A stretch of 64,000 nt of DNA, taken from contig MFUJ01000016.1 of the NCBI GenBank assembly GCA_001785675.1, forward strand, positions 149 through 64,148, written 5' to 3'. Source of the stretch: Candidatus Nomurabacteria bacterium RIFCSPHIGHO2_12_FULL_37_29 (lineage in GTDB: Bacteria; Patescibacteriota; Minisyncoccia; Phycocordibacterales; UBA9973). Below are positions 36,323-46,703 of the stretch, one piece after another. The notes below the pieces were generated by a model. It had not been told where the DNA came from, did not search any database, and was given only the letters and a program-made list of their open reading frames with translations. Position numbers and translations under genes: made by a program. The first letter of the stretch is position 1. Each line of letters begins with the position of its first letter.

Positions 36323-37564
36323 ATGCTAAAATCAAATAACGCAAAAAAAATATATCTAGATTATGCATCCAGTTCGCTTCTTAACTCCGCGAATCCAGGA
36401 GCAATTCATGAATTTGGAATAAAAGAAAAAAACAAACTTGAAGAAGCCAGGACAACTGTTGCAAAGACTTTAAATGCATATCCCAATGAAATTATTTTCA
36501 CATCCGGCGCAACGGAAAGTAACAACTTGGCTATTTTAGGGTTAGTTCAGAATTTTAAGCAATATTCTAAGTTGCCACACATAATAACTACAAATATCGA
36601 ACATTCATCTGTTTTAGAAATTTGTAAACATTTAGAAAAAACAAAACAAGCAGAAGTGACTTATATAAAAGTAGAATTGAACGGAATAATTGATCCAAAG
36701 AAAATAAAAAAAGCCCTTAAAAAAAATACCATCTTAGTTTCGGTTATGTATGCGAATAATGAAATTGGTACGGTCCAGCCGATACAAGATATTGCAAAAG
36801 AGATTAGACATTGGAAAAAAGGCAAAGATAGCTTTTTGGAGCACAGATATTTTTCTGTTGAAAAATTCCTCGTGCTTACGCCGTCAAGAGTTTCTAAAAA
36901 GCTATCTTTGCCTTTTTTCCATACCGATGCTACACAAGCAATAAATTATTTACCCATAAATGTTCAAAAATTAGGAATTGATTTAATGTCTTTTAATAGT
37001 GCTAAAATTTATGGACCTAAAGGGGTCGGTGTCTTATATGTAAAAAAATACACACCTGTCAGGAAAATTATGTTCGGTGGAGATCAAGAAAGGGGACTAC
37101 GACCGGGAACAGAAAATGTGGTCGGGGCTATTGTGTTAGCCTCTGCCATAGAAATTACTGAAAAAATAAAAAAAAAGGAAACTATTCGTTTAACCAAACT
37201 CCGAGATTATTTTTTTAATGAGCTACAAGCAATGTCAAAGACGATCTTTAGCACTGGATTAATAGTAAACGGTGACTTAACAAACAGATTACCCAATAAT
37301 GTGAATATTAGTTTTAAAAATATTCCGAGCGACCTTCTGGTAATTGAGTTATCAGCTAGAGGTATCATGGCTTCTGCTAAAAGTGCCTGTAAAGCTGGAG
37401 ACAGTAAAGCTTCGCATGTAATAAAAGCGATTAATCCAAAAGCCAAAGACACAGATGGATCTTTAAGATTTTCCCTAGGCAAAGATACTACAAAAAAAGA
37501 TATTGATTATACTGTCAAAGCTTTTACTCAAATTTTGACAAAACTAAAAAAGTGGTATAATTAA
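36323..37564 (+). CDS. cysteine desulfurase (IscS/NifS, class V aminotransferase)
   Basis: IYLDYASSS near the N-terminus, TSGATESNNLAI, a PLP-lysine region SFNSAKIYGPKGVGVLYV, and active-site loop SAKSACKAG. Confidence 0.75.
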   Translation: MLKSNNAKKIYLDYASSSLLNSANPGAIHEFGIKEKNKLEEARTTVAKTLNAYPNEIIFTSGATESNNLAILGLVQNFKQYSKLPHIITTNIEHSSVLEICKHLEKTKQAEVTYIKVELNGIIDPKKIKKALKKNTILVSVMYANNEIGTVQPIQDIAKEIRHWKKGKDSFLEHRYFSVEKFLVLTPSRVSKKLSLPFFHTDATQAINYLPINVQKLGIDLMSFNSAKIYGPKGVGVLYVKKYTPVRKIMFGGDQERGLRPGTENVVGAIVLASAIEITEKIKKKETIRLTKLRDYFFNELQAMSKTIFSTGLIVNGDLTNRLPNNVNISFKNIPSDLLVIELSARGIMASAKSACKAGDSKASHVIKAINPKAKDTDGSLRFSLGKDTTKKDIDYTVKAFTQILTKLKKWYN

Positions 37565-37567
37565 GGG

Positions 37568-38344
37568 ATGGATATCAAGGATCTAAATAAATCACAGCTT
37601 ATATTGATCGCAGTGCTTTTAAGTTTCGTCACTTCTATTGCTACAGGTATTACGACAGTGACCTTAATGCAACAAGCACCAGCATCTTTTACCGTACCCG
37701 TCAATCGTATTATTAAACAGACAGTTGAGAAAATACAACAGGTGGAAGGCAAGACCACAGTGCAGACTGTTGTTATAAAAGAAGAAGATTTAGTAGTGGA
37801 TGCTATTGCTAAAAATAAATTGGCCGTATTTACTGTAAGCAAAGAAATTTTAGACATAGAAGGGAAGACTATTGAAGTTTCAGCTGGCAGGGGATTTGCT
37901 ATTTCTGCTGATGCTATAGTAGTAGTTGATGGCAATCTTGTGGGAGATTCAGGAGTCTATTATCTTAAGAATGATAGTGGGAAATTCAAAATGGATTTTA
38001 TATCCACGGACAAAGCTGGATTTTCATTTCTTAAAATTGGTGCTCCACTTGATGAAAAAAATAAAATAATTTTTACAGTACCTACTTTTGGAGATTTGGA
38101 GAAAATGAAAATAGGACAAAAGGTTTTAGTTTTAGGTAGCAATATATCTTCTTCTATTTTTGAAGGAATAAATATTGATATTAATGTTACAAAATCAAAT
38201 GCTGGGGGGCTGGTTCTTAATTTAGATGGTGAAGCTATTGGTATTGCTCTCTCTGGTGAGATGACAGACTTTGCTTCAATTGGTGTTATTAAGGATGCTC
38301 TCGAAGTTGTTATGAAAAAAATTAAAACACCCCAAACACTTTAA
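37568..38344 (+). CDS. hypothetical membrane-anchored protein
   Basis: N-terminal TM helix and a beta-rich body with faint trypsin-like PDZ-less resemblance. Unassigned. Confidence 0.3.
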   Translation: MDIKDLNKSQLILIAVLLSFVTSIATGITTVTLMQQAPASFTVPVNRIIKQTVEKIQQVEGKTTVQTVVIKEEDLVVDAIAKNKLAVFTVSKEILDIEGKTIEVSAGRGFAISADAIVVVDGNLVGDSGVYYLKNDSGKFKMDFISTDKAGFSFLKIGAPLDEKNKIIFTVPTFGDLEKMKIGQKVLVLGSNISSSIFEGINIDINVTKSNAGGLVLNLDGEAIGIALSGEMTDFASIGVIKDALEVVMKKIKTPQTL

Positions 38345-38374
38345 AAAATAACTTTATAAACTTTAAATCTATAT

Positions 38375-41101
38375 ATGCCACCATTAAATAAATTTACAAC
38401 AAAAGCTAAAGACGCGATAAAGAAAGCCCATGAACTTGCCATCGAACGGGGAGTTAATCACGTTTCCTCACTTCATTTATTAGCCGCATTACTCTTACAA
38501 GAAGAGTCCATGGTAAATTCTATTTTAGATAAGTTAGAGATTGACACAATGCTTCTGACTGATTCTGTTTTAGAATTAATAGAATTACCTGAGTCTCGTA
38601 GTACTCTCTCGCCCGCGTATCAGATTTATCTCAATCCAGATCTAGCACAAGTCATAGAGCAGTCAGCTAAATTGGCGGAATATATGAAAGATGATTTTGT
38701 TTCAACAGAACATCTCTTTATTGCAATTCTAGAAGTAACAAGCGAAGCCCACGAGACCTTAATGCGATTTAGAATTAACAAAGATTCTGTAATGAAAGTT
38801 TTAGAAGAGTTGCACAGTCAAAACATTACCGATGTAACAGAGCCGAAGAAATTCAAGTTGCTTTTGAAGTACACTCGCAACTTAACCAAGTTGGCCAAAG
38901 AAGACAAACTGGATCCGGTTATTGGTCGAGATAGTGAAATAATGCGTATTATGCAGATACTTTCTCGTAGAACAAAGAACAATCCTATTTTAATCGGTGA
39001 AGCTGGCACTGGAAAAACAGCAGTTGTGGAAGGACTTGCTCAGTTGATTGTAAAAAATAATGTTCCAGAATCTTTAAAAGACAAGGAGCTTGTTTCTCTC
39101 GATTTAGGATTACTTGTTGCCGGTACAAAATACCGCGGAGAATTTGAGGAGAGATTAAAAGGTATTATGAAAGAAATTGAACGATCAGATGGAAAAATTA
39201 TTCTTTTTATTGATGAAATTCATACAATTGTTGGTGCTGGGGGTGCAGAAGGTACAATGGATGCCTCAAATATGTTGAAGCCCGCATTATCTCGTGGCGA
39301 GTTGCGGGCTATCGGCGCGACGACACTAAGAGAATATCAAAAGCACATTGAGAAAGATCCGGCCCTGGCTCGGCGTTTTCAGCCAGTTTATATTGATGAA
39401 CCTGGAGTAGAAGATGCAACGGCCATACTACGTGGTCTAAAAGAAAAGTATGAACTTTTCCATGGCGTACGAATTACTGACGATGCTATAGTCGCCGCAG
39501 TGAATCTCTCTGCTAGATATATTACAAATAGATTTTTGCCGGATAAAGCAGTGGATCTAATAGATGAAGCTTCTTCTTCTCTTAAAATAATGCTTGAAAA
39601 TAAACCACCAGTCTTGGAAGATGCGCACAGAAAAATAATGCGTCTAGAAATTGAGAAAGAAGCGCTGAAAAAAGAAATTAGTTCTTTGAGTGGAGAGAAA
39701 AATAAAGAAGAGAAAGAGAAGGAGAAAGAAATAAAAAATAGAATAAAAGAAGTGGATAGTGAAATAGGTAATCTGCACGAGAAGACAAAAGAACTTGAGC
39801 TAAAATGGCAGAATGAAAAATCAATCGTAATTGAAATTCGTACTATTAAAAAAGACCTTGAAAGTTTGCGTCTGGAGGCCGAAAATGCTGAGATGCGAGC
39901 GGATCTTTCTCGTGCCGCGGAAATCCGTTATGGTAAAATTCCTGAGCTTAAAAAAGAATTAGAAATAAAGCTTCTACGATTAAAGAAACTTCAAAAATCG
40001 CGGAGAATTCTAAAAGAAGAAATTACCTCTGAAGATATAGCCGAGGTGGTAGCTCGTTGGACAGGAATACCACTTAATAAAATGCTTGAAGAAGAGCGGG
40101 CGAAGCTTGAGAAAATGGAAATGGAATTAAAAAAACGAGTTATTGGCCAAGATGAAGCTATCTCTCGCGTTGCCAATGTGATTCGTCGCTCTCGTGCAGG
40201 CATCGGAGATCCCAACAGGCCTATAGGTTCTTTTATATTTCTGGGACCTACGGGAGTCGGTAAGACCGAGCTTACTAAGGCATTGGGGCAATTTATGTTT
40301 AACGACGATCGCGCAATTATTCGCGTGGATATGTCTGAATATATGGAAAGGCATTCGATGTCAAAACTCATAGGTTCTCCCCCAGGGTATGTTGGTTACG
40401 ATGAATCTGGTCAACTCACTGAATCAGTCAGACACAGGCCCTATGCTGTAATACTCTTTGATGAAATTGAAAAAGCTCATCCGGAAGTTTTTAATATACT
40501 TTTACAAGTTATTGACGAGGGAAGGCTAACTGATGGCAAGGGCAGAGTGGTGAATTTCAAGAACGCCATCATTATTCTTACTTCCAATATTGGTTCACAA
40601 TTTGTTGAGAAAATGGAATCAATCGGATTTTCTAATAATTCTGACAGACAAGATTATAGCAACATGAAAGAAAAAGTTATGGAAGCCTTGAAAGACCATT
40701 TTCGTCCAGAATTTTTAAACCGTCTTGATGAAGTTGTTGTTTTTGATATCTTGGGAGAAGAAGCTATAAAAGAAATAGTTAATTTAAGGATACAAGTAGT
40801 GAAAGATCGATTGATCGGGAAGGGTATTGATTTTGAAATTGGAGATGATGCGCTCTCGTATTTAGCCAAAGAAGGTTATAATCCGCATTATGGCGCAAGA
40901 CCTCTTAACCGCTTAATTCAAAATAAAATCTTGAACCCTGTTGCGTCATACATTATTGGGAATGGAGTAAAGAAAGGGGATACGGTAATTGTCTCTGTGA
41001 AAGGAACGGAACTTGTCATTGAAAAGAAAAAAAATCTGTCTACTGGTCGGCAGGTCAAAATCAAAAGTCCTATTCGTGTACGCTCTCGCTCTTCGGTTTA
41101 A
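38375..41101 (+). CDS. clpB: ATP-dependent chaperone ClpB
   Basis: Clp N-domain, two AAA+ modules (GEAGTGKTA and GPTGVGKTE Walker A) and a coiled-coil M-domain between them. 908 aa. Confidence 0.9.
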   Translation: MPPLNKFTTKAKDAIKKAHELAIERGVNHVSSLHLLAALLLQEESMVNSILDKLEIDTMLLTDSVLELIELPESRSTLSPAYQIYLNPDLAQVIEQSAKLAEYMKDDFVSTEHLFIAILEVTSEAHETLMRFRINKDSVMKVLEELHSQNITDVTEPKKFKLLLKYTRNLTKLAKEDKLDPVIGRDSEIMRIMQILSRRTKNNPILIGEAGTGKTAVVEGLAQLIVKNNVPESLKDKELVSLDLGLLVAGTKYRGEFEERLKGIMKEIERSDGKIILFIDEIHTIVGAGGAEGTMDASNMLKPALSRGELRAIGATTLREYQKHIEKDPALARRFQPVYIDEPGVEDATAILRGLKEKYELFHGVRITDDAIVAAVNLSARYITNRFLPDKAVDLIDEASSSLKIMLENKPPVLEDAHRKIMRLEIEKEALKKEISSLSGEKNKEEKEKEKEIKNRIKEVDSEIGNLHEKTKELELKWQNEKSIVIEIRTIKKDLESLRLEAENAEMRADLSRAAEIRYGKIPELKKELEIKLLRLKKLQKSRRILKEEITSEDIAEVVARWTGIPLNKMLEEERAKLEKMEMELKKRVIGQDEAISRVANVIRRSRAGIGDPNRPIGSFIFLGPTGVGKTELTKALGQFMFNDDRAIIRVDMSEYMERHSMSKLIGSPPGYVGYDESGQLTESVRHRPYAVILFDEIEKAHPEVFNILLQVIDEGRLTDGKGRVVNFKNAIIILTSNIGSQFVEKMESIGFSNNSDRQDYSNMKEKVMEALKDHFRPEFLNRLDEVVVFDILGEEAIKEIVNLRIQVVKDRLIGKGIDFEIGDDALSYLAKEGYNPHYGARPLNRLIQNKILNPVASYIIGNGVKKGDTVIVSVKGTELVIEKKKNLSTGRQVKIKSPIRVRSRSSV

Positions 41102-41158
41102 AAATAATACATGGGGAAGTTTTGTGTACTCAAAAGATGCAAAAAAAGATTTTTTGTG

Positions 41159-42874
41159 TTATTTTGTGTGGGTGCGAGAGCAATACCTCACCCAAGGTAG
41201 ACAAGCGTCGGTACTCAAGTGGTCAACGAGGGCAGACTGTAAATCTGCTGGCTTCGGCCTCCGAAGGTTCGAATCCTTCCCGGCGCACAACCTAGGACGA
41301 ATTGGTGCGAAAGCATCAGTTCGTCCTTGCGCGTTATGATTATTTTTCCGTTCCAACCGCTCAATTTCAGGCATGAGCTCTTTTTCGCCTTTTTTAAGCA
41401 CCGAGAACCAAGAATGCAGATCAATAAAGAGTTTTCTAGATTCTATCTGTTGGTTCAAACCTAAACTACTTAGGATCTCCCTTTGTATTTGTGTATCGCC
41501 CTTTTGTAAGGCTATACTCGCACAATATGCAAAATGAACAACATTTTCAGTAAGTTCAGTCCAATTCTTTGCGCGTGTTTCAACCTCAGACAATTTTATT
41601 TTTTCTTTCTTAAGTATTTCTTCGAGTTCATGTTTTTGAGTATTGTATTCTTCTCTCGTGATAGTGCCGTCAATAAGAAAACCAAGGATACGATCTAATT
41701 TCTTTTGACCCTCTTCAACATTCTTTAGATGGGTTTCGTAAATTTGCTGACGCGTGCCTGTCTCGGTCTCATGCATTTCTTTCAAAACTTCTAATCCCAA
41801 CTTATAAAACTTCGGATTAATGTGATTTGTCTCTATAAGACTTTGCACAGCAATCTCCAGCTCATCCAGTCGTATTGGTTTTTCTTTGCAATCAATATAT
41901 TTTCTGCGTTTAGTGCAATGATAATAAGTATGGTAGTTAATAGTTCCATCCTTCAAGATTTTGTGCTTTTTTGAAGCTGTAATACATGCTCCACAACCAC
42001 CGCATGTCATAAGACCAGTAAAGGGAAAATCATGCTTCTGTGGCCGAGGCCGGCCTTTCTTACCCATTAGCACTTGCACCCGATCAAATTCCTCCATAGA
42101 GATCATTTGTTCATGATTGCCTTTATAAAGTTGCTTGTTGTAGTAAAAGTTTCCAGTGAAAAATATATTGCTAAACAAAAGATACATATAGCTTATTGAT
42201 AGAGGTTTTCCACCTAGCTTCTTTCTATTCGGTGTTCGCAAACCTAATTCATCAGTCGCTATCTGTAATATTTTTGGGATTGTATAATTTCCTGTGAGCA
42301 TTAAGTCCCACATCTTACGAACAATTAGGAAGCGTTCTCTATCGGTAATTATCGTCTCGTTTCCTTTTTCATGAGTTTTTGAATTTAGATATCCAATGGG
42401 CGGAATATTAGGGAACCATCCTTTTTCTGCCTTCGATCTCATTCCTCGTTTTACATTTGTAGATAAATCACGAATATACTGACTAGACATTCCACTTTCG
42501 ACTGACATTATGATGGCGTTGTCTTCCGGAAAATAATTCTTTTCTGGGGTCTTAATACAAAGTAATTTTTTCTTCTCCAAAAAATATTGTACTGCTCCAT
42601 TGTCTATAGCATTTCTACCGAGCCTATCCATTTTCCACACCAGAAGACCATTAATTTTCCCTTGCTCAACTAATTTCATGAGTTCAGTGAACCCATCTCG
42701 CTTGTATGGCTCTTTCGCAGATTTTGCTTCTTGGATTATTTGAACAACCTTGAGATCTTCTCGGTTTGCTAATACTTTTAGATTATTAATTTGATCGTTA
42801 ATGGATTGGATTTGTCGATCAGACGACTCAGTTGATTTTCTGGCGTATATTGCCCATCTAATATTTTTATCCAT
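41159..42874 (-). CDS. large serine recombinase (resolvase/invertase N-domain + recombinase domain + zinc ribbon); 3' end reads antisense through tRNA-Tyr
   Basis: MDKNIRWAIYARKSTESSDRQIQSINDQI carries the catalytic Ser in the YARKST context. Recombinase domain and a CGGCGAC...C zinc ribbon follow. The last ~45 codons are antisense to tRNA-Tyr (41205-41287). Confidence 0.75.
   Translation of the reverse strand: MDKNIRWAIYARKSTESSDRQIQSINDQINNLKVLANREDLKVVQIIQEAKSAKEPYKRDGFTELMKLVEQGKINGLLVWKMDRLGRNAIDNGAVQYFLEKKKLLCIKTPEKNYFPEDNAIIMSVESGMSSQYIRDLSTNVKRGMRSKAEKGWFPNIPPIGYLNSKTHEKGNETIITDRERFLIVRKMWDLMLTGNYTIPKILQIATDELGLRTPNRKKLGGKPLSISYMYLLFSNIFFTGNFYYNKQLYKGNHEQMISMEEFDRVQVLMGKKGRPRPQKHDFPFTGLMTCGGCGACITASKKHKILKDGTINYHTYYHCTKRRKYIDCKEKPIRLDELEIAVQSLIETNHINPKFYKLGLEVLKEMHETETGTRQQIYETHLKNVEEGQKKLDRILGFLIDGTITREEYNTQKHELEEILKKEKIKLSEVETRAKNWTELTENVVHFAYCASIALQKGDTQIQREILSSLGLNQQIESRKLFIDLHSWFSVLKKGEKELMPEIERLERKNNHNAQGRTDAFAPIRPRLCAGKDSNLRRPKPADLQSALVDHLSTDACLPWVRYCSRTHTK
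41205..41287 (+). tRNA. tRNA-Tyr (anticodon GTA), type II
   Basis: Acceptor GCGTCGG/CCGGCGC (one G-U pair), D-stem CTC/GAG, anticodon stem GCAGA/TCTGC with loop CTGTAAA, long variable arm GGCTTCGGCCTCC, T-arm GAAGG-TTCGAAT-CCTTC. No encoded CCA. Confidence 0.75.
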
Positions 42875-43017
42875 ATATTTTTTGTCCCAAAAAAGGGGCA
42901 ATAGTTAAGATCCTGTAATCGCTAAACCACAAGACCACTATTACCCCTTTTCTGGATTGAAAATATGGAATCTTATTGTCTCGTGGTTTAGCTTATTAAT
43001 TATATCATGTTTTAAAG

Positions 43018-45225
43018 TTAGAAAGGCAATTCCTCTGGAGGAAGAGGATCTTTCTTTGGAGGATTAATCTCATTATCGATATCTGAATTTACCCCACCCT
43101 CTTCACCACTATATTTTTCGCTTCGCTCACTTTCAGTTTCGAGAGGAATAACGACCATTTCCCTCATATCATCTACACTTTTTTCTTGAAAAATAAGGCC
43201 GACCCCCTCTAGCTGAGGCAAAATTTGATGTCTAAGTTTCTGTGTACCGAGTGGCGTTTTATATACCTGAAAATATTTCTTGAGGATTTCTTTTCTAGTT
43301 ATGGATTTTTTCTTGTCAGCGTTATCTGAAAATTCTCCAAAAGTGTCGCTTGGCTCGTTCCAAAGGGTCATAATAACTTTCGTATAAATATCAAACAAGT
43401 AAGGAGCTAGCCCATAATCCTGTCCGCAGTATATAACTTGCCAGAGATCAAATGCTTCCTCTATATCCTTCTCTGAAGCCCATATGTAATCACCATCGCG
43501 CTTTCTAAACCATATATTAAGCATGGCAAAACCTTTTATTATCGATATTATTTTTTTAATATCCCGTTGCTGTCTTGGTCTTGCACTTTCCACATCTTTT
43601 AAGTAAAGCTTTTCTATATATTCAATATTCTCGATTTTTACATCAATAATATTTTCTTGTTTTATTCCAAGAATTCTCTTTTTAAGCAAGTTTCTCCGAG
43701 GATCTGAATTTACTTCTTGATTAAATTTTTCACTATCTGAGTTTTTTCGTATGGCTTGTTTTACGCCTTGATATATTTTTTCCCGTTCGATTGACGGACT
43801 AAGCATTAAAAATCTAGTGCTTTCTTGTTCATCAACTCTCATTTCAGCACTACAGAAGTAAACGCTCGGGAATCCTATCAATACAATATTCTTTGTTTTA
43901 TTGCCTCCCTTCTGCGCCTTGTCTGTTATTTTTAATCGCGATTCTTTTTGATCATGTGAGAGAACAGGACGCAGTCTTGAAATTAATGCTTGATCTGGCA
44001 TATCGGTAAAGATTATTATTTTTCTTGCTAGATCAACTACAATTTCATTTTTTTCTTTATTATATTTACCTTGTTCATGAAAAAAAGCTGTAGGTGAACA
44101 ATACGCAAGAGTTATTACATCTTCTTGTGGAAAAAGTTCAACAACTGATAATGGTATATGTGATTTTCCAGTAGAGCTAGGTGCGTTAAAGAAAAGATTC
44201 ATTTGTGCATCCTCTGTGTATGTCGTAAGCATAGATAGAAATGCAACTGATTTATTGCCATCATCTTTTTTTATAGTAGAATCCAGAATCTCACAAACTT
44301 CTTTAATACTAATTTCTTTAAATTCAGAAGTGTCCACTTTTTCTGGAAATGGTTTTGCATATTTAGTAAATAAATCTTCTATGGGTAGACCTAGATGAAT
44401 TATATAATCTCCAAGGTCGCCCTTATTACCAACTTCTTCTGGGAGCGTAATTATATTTATTTTTTCACAGCCAGCGTTAAATAACGCATTGGCCAGTTTA
44501 TTTGATCCATTCTTGCCGACATCATCATTGTCATAGCAAATAAAATATTCAAGTTCGGGTTTAAAATGTTCAAACCACAACTCGTCAATTGTCATCGCTC
44601 CATGAGTATTGGTAATACAAGTTATCCCATGTGATTTCATAAGAAGGGCATCCATCTCACCTTCAGCGATCAAAACCCTGTCTTTGGCCATTATGAGGCT
44701 TTCCCAGTCATAGATTTGTGCTTCTATGCCGTTCGGCCAAGTCATTTTTTTATCCCCATATTTAGGGTCTTGGCGTAGCTTAAGGAAGCTGTAATTACCA
44801 TTCAAATCTTTAATAGGTATAGCTATCCACCAAGTTCCGTATTCGGAAATATACCCAACTTTATATTGGCTTATTCTATCGTCTGTAATACCTCTCTTGT
44901 TAAGATAATTAATAATCTCGGGAGTGAGAGCTTTGTGATACTTTTCGACCAATAAAGGTGTAAGTGTTCTTTTATTAACTTTCGGTTTTTCTTCTTTGGG
45001 AGTGAAGGGGTCGTTGAAGTGTTTTTTAAGAGTAAGGATATTTCCTTTGGCATCACACTTTTTACAATGATATTGACCAGTTTTTCTACTAAAATATAGA
45101 TGCGCCTCATTCTCTCGGCTATCCGAATCACAATTGGAAAAAAAACATTTTACAATAATCTCTTCATTAGTAATGCGAATAAACTTTATTGCCTTATCAT
45201 CTAGATATTTTTCTATGTCGCTCAT
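43018..45225 (-). CDS. primase-helicase-like replication protein (Zn-finger + Toprim primase + P-loop NTPase)
   Basis: N-terminal CHC2-like zinc finger (CFFSNC...HLYF...YHCKKC). Toprim motifs LIAEGEMDAL and ICYDNDDVGKNG. Walker A NAPSSTGKSH. Confidence 0.65.
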   Translation of the reverse strand: MSDIEKYLDDKAIKFIRITNEEIIVKCFFSNCDSDSRENEAHLYFSRKTGQYHCKKCDAKGNILTLKKHFNDPFTPKEEKPKVNKRTLTPLLVEKYHKALTPEIINYLNKRGITDDRISQYKVGYISEYGTWWIAIPIKDLNGNYSFLKLRQDPKYGDKKMTWPNGIEAQIYDWESLIMAKDRVLIAEGEMDALLMKSHGITCITNTHGAMTIDELWFEHFKPELEYFICYDNDDVGKNGSNKLANALFNAGCEKINIITLPEEVGNKGDLGDYIIHLGLPIEDLFTKYAKPFPEKVDTSEFKEISIKEVCEILDSTIKKDDGNKSVAFLSMLTTYTEDAQMNLFFNAPSSTGKSHIPLSVVELFPQEDVITLAYCSPTAFFHEQGKYNKEKNEIVVDLARKIIIFTDMPDQALISRLRPVLSHDQKESRLKITDKAQKGGNKTKNIVLIGFPSVYFCSAEMRVDEQESTRFLMLSPSIEREKIYQGVKQAIRKNSDSEKFNQEVNSDPRRNLLKKRILGIKQENIIDVKIENIEYIEKLYLKDVESARPRQQRDIKKIISIIKGFAMLNIWFRKRDGDYIWASEKDIEEAFDLWQVIYCGQDYGLAPYLFDIYTKVIMTLWNEPSDTFGEFSDNADKKKSITRKEILKKYFQVYKTPLGTQKLRHQILPQLEGVGLIFQEKSVDDMREMVVIPLETESERSEKYSGEEGGVNSDIDNEINPPKKDPLPPEELPF

Positions 45226-45924
45226 AAATTTTTGTTGTTAAATTGATAAACTGCTTCTAATAAACACACAAGCGAAGTCAGCTCAACTCGAGCTTGAGCC
45301 TTGTCAATTGGTTGACCATACTCTTCGAGATAGATGGCCACATATTTTTCTATTTGCTTCTCGGTAATTGGCATAAATAGAAAATCCACTTTTGGCTTGG
45401 CAGGCTACTGAGCAAGCGACCTGCAAACCCAAAAATGGATTTATTAGTGCTCAGTATTTACTGCCAAACAAAACAACCGCACTTCATAATGCGGTTTATG
45501 AAAGCAAAAAGCTGCCGTCATATTCCATGTCATCATGAAATAAAACGGCAGCCTCTCGATTTTTCCTGCCCAGTGAGATTCCTAGTCTCTTGTACAACCT
45601 TCTGTCTTAGAGAAGGCGCTCCGATTTACCGGAGAGGTGTGCATATATAATAATGCTAAAAAAATTCAAGTCAAATGAGGGGTGTTAATAAGTTTAAGAA
45701 AAAAAGTAAGATGTGATAAGATGTTGTTATAACTTAATAAGAAAGACCTAACCCTTATAGCGATATGAGATATGGTCAAAAGACCCATGGAAGACACTGA
45801 ACCCCTCGTTCAGCAACTCTTCCATGGGCTATACAGGGAAACTTGTATAGGGTCGTAAGACCTAGCTGGCGTGGGGTTCTGTGTTTTTCCGCGCTAGCTT
45901 ATTATCAGCTAGCTTTTTATTTTT

Positions 45925-46308
45925 ATGGCAATAGATAAACAATGGGAAGAGAATATGCAACAGCTTAAAAAGTCGGCTAGAAGAAAAGAAATTTTAATTA
46001 AGTTTGTATTACTACCGACCTTAATTATTGGGGTTATACTTTTTCTCTTTCGCCATCAAATTTTTGACAGAGAATTAACACCAGAGGAGATAAGAGCATC
46101 ACAAGAAAACTTTGATCAGATGATGTTAAAATCGATTGAATCTTCCGAAAAAGCATCTCTTGAAAAATCGCAGGAAGAGAAAGCTAAAGGTGATTGTATT
46201 AAAACCGCCATTTCAAATGGAGAAGTAGCAGAAACTTATCTTCAGAAATGCGCAAATGAATCCTCTGAACGCCAAAGAGAGAAGTATGGGAGCGGAGTTA
46301 GTAATTAG
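45925..46308 (+). CDS. hypothetical small membrane-anchored protein (element cargo)
   Basis: 127 aa, one TM helix (FVLLPTLIIGVILFLF). Confidence 0.3.
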   Translation: MAIDKQWEENMQQLKKSARRKEILIKFVLLPTLIIGVILFLFRHQIFDRELTPEEIRASQENFDQMMLKSIESSEKASLEKSQEEKAKGDCIKTAISNGEVAETYLQKCANESSERQREKYGSGVSN

Positions 46309-46703
46309 ATATTTCCTTATTTACCCTACACCCCCTGTCTATATTTTCTTAAGGTTAGGAGGTGTAATGTACTAGGATCTGTCTCTTTTTCGGGGTTCTG
46401 TATAAAAGTACTACAATTTTTATGTCAGAGCTTTAATTTTTAGTTTCGGGGGTAGTGGTAGCCTTATACTATAAGGGTTAAATATGACGCAGTTTAGCTC
46501 TCACATAAAAAAATAAAATATAAAAAAGAGACCTTATATTCCTTATATTATAAGCCTCATTTGGAAAAATTGTATGAAATTTTAGTCATTTTTATGGGTG
46601 ATTGCACCTATAATTGTAGTACTTTATAACATTTATGTATTAATTTTAACCAAAAACAAGGTTTTTATATCAAAAATCGATTTTTTATGGTATAAATTCA
46701 ACT

